From the IMG/VR virus record IMGVR_UViG_3300029858_000359: a DNA stretch of 46,624 nt; one strand, written 5' to 3'. The position numbers and the translations under genes were made by a program. This DNA is from a virus. Taxonomy: Duplodnaviria; Heunggongvirae; Uroviricota; Caudoviricetes. Under the pieces are notes generated by a model. The model did no database searches and was not told the DNA's origin. It saw nothing but the letters and a program-made list of their open reading frames with translations. Each line of letters opens with the position of its first letter. Position 1 is the first letter of the stretch. Shown piece after piece: positions 37,232 through 44,922 of this stretch.

Positions 37232-38358
37232 CAATCAGGAAACACCGCCAGGGCGAAACGATCAATATAACTTTCACCTACAAAGGCGTTAAATGTCGTG
37301 AGCCTCTTTCCAATCTGGAAGTAACACCAAAGAACATTAAATACGCCGAGCGCACACTCGGCGAAATTCATAATAAGATCGAAAGGGGAACATTCATTTA
37401 TGCGGAATATTTTCCCCGTTCTGCTCGTTTGAAAATTTTTGGTAATGCTGCTGCAGGCAAAACGGTAAAAATGTACCTGGACGAATACCTTGAAATCTGC
37501 GAAACGAGAAAACTTTCACCATCTACGATTGGTGGTTATAAAAAATGCCGTAGTGCGTTAGCCTCACTCCACATTTGCCCTGCAAGTGAATTAACACCAG
37601 CAATCCTGAAAGCGTGGATTCAAAGCCAGAAAACGACCTTAAAAACAATTCGCAACCAGTTATCTTTCCTGCGGTCAGCACTTGATGAAGCCGTAACCGA
37701 TGGGGTACTTCAAATTAACCCCGTATCGTTGGTAACTGCTTCGCGCTACCAAAGTGATAAGTCAGAAGCAGAAAGCAGCTATGTGGTTGATCCGCTATCA
37801 CCAGCAGAAGTTGATGCATTACTAGCAGCAGCCGGAAACAAACAATGGGAAAATCTGTTCCGGTTCGCCATACATACAGGCCTGCGTAGTTCTGAATTAT
37901 GTGCCCTACGATGGCATGATATCGACTTTGTTGGAAAAACAGCCCATGTTCAGAGCGCAAGTGTTGTCGGAGTTATCAAAGGAACAAAGACAAAAGCCGG
38001 TACCCGTAAAGTTGAACTGACTGAAGAAGCAATGTTGGCGTTGATAAACCAGAAGCCATTTACATTCATGAAGGATGCTACTGTCTTTGAAGATCCAAAG
38101 ACCAATAAACCCTGGGCAAGTGCTGATGCAATTAGGAAAAAAGCATGGGTGCCAACATTGCGAAAAGCAGGTATTCGTTACAGAAACCCATATCAAACCA
38201 GGCATACATTCGCCACCAGACATATCAGCCGGGGAGCAAACCTGTTTTGGCTTGCAGCTCAAATGGGGCATAAAGGGCCTGAGATGCTTTTCAGGCACTA
38301 TGGCTCATATCTGAAGGAATATGATGGACAAACAAGCTTGAAGAAGATAACAATATAA
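37192..38358 (+). CDS. Tyrosine integrase of the prophage
   Basis: 388 aa; C-terminal catalytic region RHTFATRHISRGANLFWLAAQMGHKGPEMLFRHYGSY. Confidence 0.9.
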   Translation: MGQTKLLKLPRGVTIRKHRQGETINITFTYKGVKCREPLSNLEVTPKNIKYAERTLGEIHNKIERGTFIYAEYFPRSARLKIFGNAAAGKTVKMYLDEYLEICETRKLSPSTIGGYKKCRSALASLHICPASELTPAILKAWIQSQKTTLKTIRNQLSFLRSALDEAVTDGVLQINPVSLVTASRYQSDKSEAESSYVVDPLSPAEVDALLAAAGNKQWENLFRFAIHTGLRSSELCALRWHDIDFVGKTAHVQSASVVGVIKGTKTKAGTRKVELTEEAMLALINQKPFTFMKDATVFEDPKTNKPWASADAIRKKAWVPTLRKAGIRYRNPYQTRHTFATRHISRGANLFWLAAQMGHKGPEMLFRHYGSYLKEYDGQTSLKKITI

Positions 38359-38375
38359 TCCAAGCATGAAACTAT

Positions 38376-38400
38376 TGGCCACAATTTGTGGCCATTTTAC
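38376..38400 (+). terminator. Perfect 19-bp palindrome followed by T-run between int and the OLD-like gene (terminator or operator)
   Basis: TGGCCACAATTTGTGGCCA followed by TTTTAC. Confidence 0.45.
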
Positions 38401-38416
38401 GGAGCAAGATAGAAAC

Positions 38417-40150
38417 ATGGCAAATCAAATTACCAAACTAAAAAATATAAATGTTGTGAAGTTTCGCGGACTGAAAAATATAAACATCGAGTTTGGTTCT
38501 CGCCTAACTGTTATTTGTGGTAAAAATGGCACATCTAAATCCACAATTCTTGGCATTATCGCCCAAATATTTAGCTTTACAAAGGACTTTACCAAAAACC
38601 CTGAGACTGATTTAACACAATATAAAACATTAACAAATGGCAGCTTCAAGTCAGCTTTCAGCGAACATTTTAGGCTTTCAGAACAATTTGATGTTCCTGG
38701 TTCAATGGACGTCAAAATTAGTGTCTATGATGGTGCATCGAACAAACATCTTGAAAAACTAACATTAGGTTTATACAGCTACAGTGACAGAGATAAATCA
38801 AGGCCTGTAGTCAGGGGAAATGATTCAATACCGGAAAAAAACCAAAGTAGAAACGTTACTCATCCTGTTATTTTTTTAAGCTTAGCACGACTTCTTCCTA
38901 TTACATTAAGGACTGATTACTCAACACGGGATGTTCAGTACATCAATGAAAATTCTGATGAAATCAGAATGATGAGTAACCAACTCTTACTAAAAAACAA
39001 TGGAAGCTCAGTAACAGCAACAAAAGGTACTATCGATTCAATGGTTGTCCATGGTGACAATTATGATCACCAATCAGTATCTGTTGGTGAAGATAATGTT
39101 GGACAATTAATCCAAGCAATTTTTTCATTTAAAAGATTGAAGGAAACTTATTCTGATTATCATGGCGGAATATTGTTAATTGATGAAGCCGATGCAGGTC
39201 TTTTCCCTGCTGCACAGTTAGAGCTAATTAATATTCTAACTAAAGCAGCAAAACAATACGATCTGCAAATAATCATGACCTCGCACTCTCCATTAATAAT
39301 AGAGGATATCTATAATCGTTCAAAACAAGATAGTGATAGCTTTAAAACAATATATCTTACAGACACATATGGAGATATTAAAACAAAGAATAATCTTTCA
39401 TGGACAGATATCCACGCTGATTTACATGTTGAAACTGTAAAAATTAATGATGACATTTGTCTTCCAAAGGCAAATGTATATTTTGAAGACAAAGAAGGTT
39501 TCGACTTTTTCAAACAATTGATAACAGATCGAAAAATAAATAAAATATTAAATCCATTAGGGAATATAAATATTAGCTGCTCTGCCATGCTTGACTTAAT
39601 GGCAAGAAAAATACCAGAATTTACAGCTAAAAGCTTGATCGTCTTAGACGGTGATGTTGTTCACGACAATAGTGCTAATGCAAAAAAAGCCAAAAAAGAA
39701 AAAAACTTATGTTTGCTTCCAAGCACCTTACCTCCAGACCAAATGATTTTTGAGTTTTTATATAATTTACCACCTGATGATGCATATTGGGAAAATAAAA
39801 ATAAATTTACAAAAGCTGTTTTTATGAAAACAGCTAAAGACATAATTGCAACGCTAAAGATTGGTAACGCTCCGATTGATTTAAAAATCCTTATAGATAA
39901 TTATAAAAAAGTTAACAAAAACCATGGCGGGATAGTTAGAAAACTGTTTAAAGATTTTGCACATACGACTCAATTTCAGGCCCAAGTAAAAGGGCGAGTT
40001 AAAGATAACCCATATCGATATTGGGTCGAGAAAAATCCTGTGCAATCGGATAGCTTCAAGAATGAACTAATAAAGAGTCTTAAAGTTATTATGACAAGTG
40101 GACATGGTGTCGATTCTGCTACCATCTCATCATATCTGTCAGATAACTAA
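38417..40150 (+). CDS. OLD-family nuclease-like protein: N-terminal ABC/AAA-type ATPase plus C-terminal TOPRIM-like domain
   Basis: Walker A GKNGTSKST, Walker B ILLIDEADAG, TSHSP signature, C-terminal FEDKEG and LIVLDGDVVHD (Glu and DxD TOPRIM-like); start at MANQITK (ORF track start 38366 lacks a ribosome-binding site). Confidence 0.7.
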   Translation: MANQITKLKNINVVKFRGLKNINIEFGSRLTVICGKNGTSKSTILGIIAQIFSFTKDFTKNPETDLTQYKTLTNGSFKSAFSEHFRLSEQFDVPGSMDVKISVYDGASNKHLEKLTLGLYSYSDRDKSRPVVRGNDSIPEKNQSRNVTHPVIFLSLARLLPITLRTDYSTRDVQYINENSDEIRMMSNQLLLKNNGSSVTATKGTIDSMVVHGDNYDHQSVSVGEDNVGQLIQAIFSFKRLKETYSDYHGGILLIDEADAGLFPAAQLELINILTKAAKQYDLQIIMTSHSPLIIEDIYNRSKQDSDSFKTIYLTDTYGDIKTKNNLSWTDIHADLHVETVKINDDICLPKANVYFEDKEGFDFFKQLITDRKINKILNPLGNINISCSAMLDLMARKIPEFTAKSLIVLDGDVVHDNSANAKKAKKEKNLCLLPSTLPPDQMIFEFLYNLPPDDAYWENKNKFTKAVFMKTAKDIIATLKIGNAPIDLKILIDNYKKVNKNHGGIVRKLFKDFAHTTQFQAQVKGRVKDNPYRYWVEKNPVQSDSFKNELIKSLKVIMTSGHGVDSATISSYLSDN

Positions 40151-40157
40151 TTGATTA

Positions 40158-40196
40158 AAAAGGGCTTTATGTGATGGCCACAAAGCCCTTTTTTTG
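40158..40196 (+). terminator. Rho-independent terminator after the OLD-like gene
   Basis: AAAGGGCTTT-loop-AAAGCCCTTT followed by TTTTTT. Confidence 0.65.
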
Positions 40197-40229
40197 ATAT
40201 ACTTTAGATCTGACATTTAGAGGTATCAT

Positions 40230-41129
40230 ATGCGTTTTAACACCCCACTTCGCTATCCTGGCGGTAAAGGCAAGCTTGCAAATTTCATGCTTCGGCTTAT
40301 TGAAGAAAATAATCTTTCGCCTATACATTATGCCGAACCATATGCTGGGGGTGCTGGTTTAGCATTGAAACTGTTACATCTAAATGCAGCTGAAAAAATC
40401 ATCCTTAATGATATTAATATTTCTGTTTATGCTTTTTGGCACAGTGTATTAAATCATGCAGATCAATTATGTTCTTTAATTGAAAGAACTGAAGTTACAA
40501 TGGATGAATGGTTTAGGCAGAAAGATATAATTAATAATCCTAAAGACCATGATCTTTTAACAATTGGTTTCTCAACCTTTTTTCTCAATAGAACAAATCG
40601 TTCTGGAATATTAAAAGGTGGAGTAATTGGCGGTAAAAATCAAGAAGGGAAATGGAAGCTTGACGCTCGCTATAATAAGAGTGATTTGATTTCTCGAATC
40701 CATAAAATATCAGAAAATCGTCACAGAATAGATTTATATAACATGGATGCAATTGATTTCATTAAAAAAATAGTTATTCAATTGCCACAAAACTCATTAA
40801 CATATTTGGATCCACCTTATTACATAAAAGGTAAAGGTTTATATATCAACCATTATAATCATGATGATCATGTTAGGGTTGCAAAAGTCGTACAGAATAA
40901 TATTAAAACACCTTGGATTGTTTCTTACGATAACACTCCTGAGATCCAAGCTATGTATAAGACATCATCATTAGTATATGGAATAAACTACAGTGCTCAA
41001 GATCGGTACAAAGGATCTGAGGTAATGTTCTTCAGTGAACGATTGAAAATCTTTAAAACAGATGATCCAACTAAGGTAAAAGCGCCTGTATTTAAAAGAG
41101 GATGTGTTGACGACCACATCCAGACATAA
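40230..41129 (+). CDS. Dam-family (alpha-class) N6-adenine DNA methyltransferase
   Basis: Motifs RYPGGKGKL, EPYAGGAG (AdoMet binding) and DPPY (catalytic), order as in Dam; AGAGG ribosome-binding site. Confidence 0.8.
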   Translation: MRFNTPLRYPGGKGKLANFMLRLIEENNLSPIHYAEPYAGGAGLALKLLHLNAAEKIILNDINISVYAFWHSVLNHADQLCSLIERTEVTMDEWFRQKDIINNPKDHDLLTIGFSTFFLNRTNRSGILKGGVIGGKNQEGKWKLDARYNKSDLISRIHKISENRHRIDLYNMDAIDFIKKIVIQLPQNSLTYLDPPYYIKGKGLYINHYNHDDHVRVAKVVQNNIKTPWIVSYDNTPEIQAMYKTSSLVYGINYSAQDRYKGSEVMFFSERLKIFKTDDPTKVKAPVFKRGCVDDHIQT

Positions 41130-41201
41130 AAGGAGCCGCAAAAGATCCGCAGAATAAAATGGTTAGTATTAATCGTTTTATTTCAGCTAATTATAAAAAT
41201 A

Positions 41202-41234
41202 CGGACTCGGGTTCAACTCCCGCCAGCTCCACCA
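41202..41234. repeat. attR of the prophage and attL of the following P4-type island: copy of the ssrA 3' end
   Basis: CGGACTCGGGTTCAACTCCCGCCAGCTCCACCA, 32 of 33 identical to 1028-1060. Confidence 0.85.
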
Positions 41235-41399
41235 CTTTTTAGTTGTTTGAAGTTCAATGAAGTCTACTAAGCCCACACAGCACAAGCTCTGCGGGCTTTT
41301 TTACGTCTATTGTCGTCCAGTGAGAATTGCTGAGAACTACGAGTTATGGCACCCTGAATGGGACCCACTAAGAAGGGTCCAAAAACCGAGGGTCCCAAA

Positions 41400-42629
41400 A
41401 TGGCAAAAATCGCTAAGAAGCTCACTGACACTGAAATCAAAAGCACCAAGCCAGCCGATAAAGAAATCAACTTGTTTGACGGTGATGGTCTGATTCTACG
41501 AATCGCTCCTTTGGCGAAAGGAGGCAAGAAAAATTGGTATTTCAGGTATGCAGTACCAGTGAGCAAGAAAAGAACCAAAATGAGCCTTGGGACATATCCT
41601 CACCTTACCCTTGCAAGAGCCAGAGCCTTACGTGATGAATATCTCTCCTTTCTGGCAAATGGTGTTGATCCCCAAATCCATAACAACGATAAGGCGAAGG
41701 CATTAAAGAGTGCTACTGAGCACACTCTCCAAGCCGTAGCGCGGAAATGGTTAGATGAGAAGGTAAAGACATCAGGTATCTCACAAGACCATGCAGCAGA
41801 CATCTGGCGCAGCTTAGAGAGAAATGTCTTTCCCGGTCTGGGTAATGTCCCTATCAATGAGATCCGACCTAAGCTCTTAAAACAACACCTTGATCCTATT
41901 GAGCAACGAGGCGTATTGGAAACTCTACGCCGTATCATTTCACGTCTGAATGAAATCTTCCGGTGGGCAGCTACTGAAGAACTTATTGAGTTCAACCCGG
42001 CTGACAACCTTGGTCAAAGATTCAGTAAACCAAAAAAGCAAAATATGCCTGCCCTTCCCCCAAGCGAATTGCCAAGGTTTATGGAATCTTTGACGAATGC
42101 GTCAATCCGGTTGGAAACACGTATGCTAATTGAATGGCAATTGTTGACATGGGTTCGTCCGGGTGAAGCCGTTCGCGCAAGGTGGTCTGATATTGATACA
42201 ACCAACAGCATTTGGAACATTCCTGCTGATTTCATGAAAATGAAAAAGCTTCACAAAGTTCCTTTGAGTAAAGAAGCTTTGCGCATCCTTGAATTAATGA
42301 AATCAATAAGTGGGCATAGAGAATGGGTTTTCCCCAGCATAAAAGCGCCTCTTAATCATATGCATGAACAAACAGCCAACGCAGCTATCATCCGAATGGG
42401 GTTCGGAGGCGAGCTTGTAGCTCACGGTATGCGTTCTATTGCACGAACAGCGGCAGAGGAGTCTGGTAAATTCAGAGCTGAAGTTCTTGAGGCAGCGCTT
42501 GCCCACTCGAAAAAAGATGAAATTATCGCAGCATACAATCGTGCAGAATATCTGATAGAGCGACAGAGTTTGATGCAATGGTGGAGTGATTACGTTCAAG
42601 CTCAAAGATCAAATGCTCTGGTAGCCTAA
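41400..42629 (+). CDS. P4-type tyrosine integrase
   Basis: N-terminal arm-binding region LFDGDGLILRIAPLAKGGKKNWYFRY typical of P4/CP4-57 integrases; C-terminal catalytic region AHGMRSIARTAAEE...AALAHS; start taken at MAKIAKK. Confidence 0.85.
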   Translation: MAKIAKKLTDTEIKSTKPADKEINLFDGDGLILRIAPLAKGGKKNWYFRYAVPVSKKRTKMSLGTYPHLTLARARALRDEYLSFLANGVDPQIHNNDKAKALKSATEHTLQAVARKWLDEKVKTSGISQDHAADIWRSLERNVFPGLGNVPINEIRPKLLKQHLDPIEQRGVLETLRRIISRLNEIFRWAATEELIEFNPADNLGQRFSKPKKQNMPALPPSELPRFMESLTNASIRLETRMLIEWQLLTWVRPGEAVRARWSDIDTTNSIWNIPADFMKMKKLHKVPLSKEALRILELMKSISGHREWVFPSIKAPLNHMHEQTANAAIIRMGFGGELVAHGMRSIARTAAEESGKFRAEVLEAALAHSKKDEIIAAYNRAEYLIERQSLMQWWSDYVQAQRSNALVA

Positions 42630-42667
42630 GTATCATAATAGCTAATATAATCCTGAAGGTAAAGAAA

Positions 42668-43084
42668 ATGGAAACCCTATTCAAAGTTTTTGAAAAATTT
42701 AGTTCCAGACCACTTTTTTTTATTTTTTTCGGACTCTCACTTTGTGAATTTTTTCAGAAACAATCTGTTCTGATGAATCCATCAGCAGATAACATCGCGA
42801 AATTATTCGCAGCCATGATATTAGTTGTTTTTTTTACTTGGGGATTTGAATGGCTAATCTTCAAGTTCAATGTAAACCTTGAACCTCATGATCAAGGCGA
42901 TATTGGACCAACAATTGGAACGGCTACTTTAGCTGTATACTTAGTTTATGCCTTTCACTTTCTCAGTGAAAATCCTGAAGCATTAAATTTAAAGTTATTA
43001 ACTAACTCTGGCTTTATATACAGCACAACTCTATTATTATTCTCATTAGAATGCATGAAGCTTAGAAGACTTAAACAAAAATAA
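42668..43084 (+). CDS. Hypothetical polytopic membrane protein, 138 aa
   Basis: AT-rich ORF with GAAGG ribosome-binding site; several hydrophobic helices. Confidence 0.5.
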   Translation: METLFKVFEKFSSRPLFFIFFGLSLCEFFQKQSVLMNPSADNIAKLFAAMILVVFFTWGFEWLIFKFNVNLEPHDQGDIGPTIGTATLAVYLVYAFHFLSENPEALNLKLLTNSGFIYSTTLLLFSLECMKLRRLKQK

Positions 43085-43155
43085 ACAACATCATTGTGAT
43101 GATAAATATAAAATAGGCATGGCGAAAAAAAATCACCACGCCTAAAATATAATAA

Positions 43156-44922
43156 TTATGGTAGCATCATTGATACATAATCCACACCAATCCTTGAGCT
43201 ATACTGAGACGCTATAGCCTGATATCTTTCTGCATAACCAGTTCTCAGTTGAGATTTAAGTTTGAGTCGGACAGGAACATTTTGCACGTTGCCATCCATA
43301 TTACTTAAAAACACGGCAGAAATAATATTTTTTTCTTCGCCATCAACTGTTGTTCCATGATTCAACACCACCATATAATCAACAACAGGAAGCGTTTTAT
43401 CCCCTTCGAAAATAGAGAGATATTTTCTTTGATTTTTATGCATTACATATATATATTTCGAATGTTCAGCAAATGGCAATGCTTTACTCTGACTGGCGTT
43501 AAAAAGCTCCAGAACTTTAATGAGCCTGTGCGGACTTAATCTTACATGGTGAGGGTCGTTACCCTGAGTAGGAACCAAATCACATGCCGCAGATACACAT
43601 AAATACCATTTGTTCGACTCTGTATCAAAGAAAATAGTGCCAGTAGAAATATGACCATCTTCAAAATTCTTTGAAGACAAATTCATATTTAAAGCATGAT
43701 ACATTTCGTGATAAGTATCATTATTTGATGGCAGATCCATTTTTGAAGAGCAATATTGGAGCAATGCAGCAACTCCGCTGTTAGCGTATTCATTTGAATA
43801 GCTATCAAAAACACTTTTGATAAATTCATCCAGCGTATTATTATTTTTAAGTCTTTGATAAAGCTCTTCTGATAAATTACCAAATACAAAGTCAATATTT
43901 CTACATCTAATATCAGGCGAGTCTGATTTTAATATCTCATTTAACCACGCAGCTTGACCGTAATGATCGTTAGCCAAATGATTTACAAAAGATAAAGCCT
44001 CAGCTTCGATTGCATTCTGAATTTCAGATTTTATTAACTGATAATAAGATGGTTTCCATTCAATGAGAGAATCATTGAGAGTTTGCCAAATCCTATCTCC
44101 ATCGTTTTCATGATCATCTTGAACCTTATGAAATAGGGAGACAAAGATATTACCACATTGAATCCATTTTACTCCGCTTTCATCACCCCGAATGACATTG
44201 CCAGATGTGTTGCTAGAAATAATTGCATTTCTAGACACAGCATATTCTGCAATCATTTTTGCAATGAAGTTTTTATCCTTTTGATCCTCCAACACAGCAT
44301 CATCATGTATTAATCTTTTAATTCTTCTACAAGGCTTACTGTCTTTAATATAGGCTATTGTTTCATCTCTTGTGAGAGCTTTATTACCATTATCATTTAA
44401 GTTCGGTAATACAACGTCTTCCCAATAACTTTGGACATCTTCATTATCGTAGTCAATGATCAAGCTGTTGATATCCAGAGCACCTTTGAGAGTCGATGAT
44501 ATCTGCATCCAAACCGTTTCTAAATTCTCTCTAGTATATATTACAATCATATTTAAATGATCGGAGTCTTTCAAATCTTGTAATAGTTTAAGTGTTTTAT
44601 CAGGTGCATTATTATCAAGATGATAATCTACAATAATAAGATCTGATTTTCTAATCCGATCCACATCGAAATTAACAGAACCATTGTCAACATCACAAAT
44701 CATATTTTTAGATTGAAAAAAGCTCTCAAGAGTAGCGGCTCGTTTAGATGAGTCAATTTTGTTGTAGTCTAAATCAACTTCGTTATTCAACGCCCTGATT
44801 GATTCAGAATACGTCAGAAAATCGTCATCAATCATGACAACGGAACGAATTGCATTTTCGCAGAAAGTTTTCTGGACAAGAGAATTATAAATTGCCACTG
44901 TCATATTAGAACTCCACTCCAT
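43156..44922 (-). CDS. Receiver (REC)-like domain protein with about 430-aa C-terminal domain of unknown function
   Basis: N-terminal region VVMIDDD ... SDLIIVDYHLDNNAPDKTLKLLQDL ... NMIVIYT follows response-regulator receiver topology; no DNA-binding output recognised; start overlaps the stop of the upstream kinase-like gene. Confidence 0.6.
   Translation of the reverse strand: MEWSSNMTVAIYNSLVQKTFCENAIRSVVMIDDDFLTYSESIRALNNEVDLDYNKIDSSKRAATLESFFQSKNMICDVDNGSVNFDVDRIRKSDLIIVDYHLDNNAPDKTLKLLQDLKDSDHLNMIVIYTRENLETVWMQISSTLKGALDINSLIIDYDNEDVQSYWEDVVLPNLNDNGNKALTRDETIAYIKDSKPCRRIKRLIHDDAVLEDQKDKNFIAKMIAEYAVSRNAIISSNTSGNVIRGDESGVKWIQCGNIFVSLFHKVQDDHENDGDRIWQTLNDSLIEWKPSYYQLIKSEIQNAIEAEALSFVNHLANDHYGQAAWLNEILKSDSPDIRCRNIDFVFGNLSEELYQRLKNNNTLDEFIKSVFDSYSNEYANSGVAALLQYCSSKMDLPSNNDTYHEMYHALNMNLSSKNFEDGHISTGTIFFDTESNKWYLCVSAACDLVPTQGNDPHHVRLSPHRLIKVLELFNASQSKALPFAEHSKYIYVMHKNQRKYLSIFEGDKTLPVVDYMVVLNHGTTVDGEEKNIISAVFLSNMDGNVQNVPVRLKLKSQLRTGYAERYQAIASQYSSRIGVDYVSMMLP

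Larger units (their letters stand above)
1061..41234. mobile_element. Integrated mosaic prophage (lambdoid regulation and lysis, HK97-like head, Mu-like contractile tail) in the ssrA 3' end
   Basis: Flanked by direct repeats of the ssrA 3' end; contains integrase, excisionase, cI/cro, Q, lysis cassette, terminase, portal, capsid, sheath, tube, tape measure, baseplate, tail fibres and invertase. Confidence 0.85.

Noticed and set aside
38366-38416. Upstream ATG (38366) as start of the OLD-like gene
   Set aside because: No ribosome-binding site, and it would place a perfect 19-bp palindrome inside the coding region; the ATG at 38417 gives the typical N-terminal distance to Walker A.
41257-41493. 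78-aa ORF overlapping the 5' end of the P4-type integrase, and the 14-aa N-terminal extension MGPTKKGPKTEGPK
   Set aside because: Overlaps the att-proximal region and integrase start; integrase homology begins at MAKIAKK; likely spurious.
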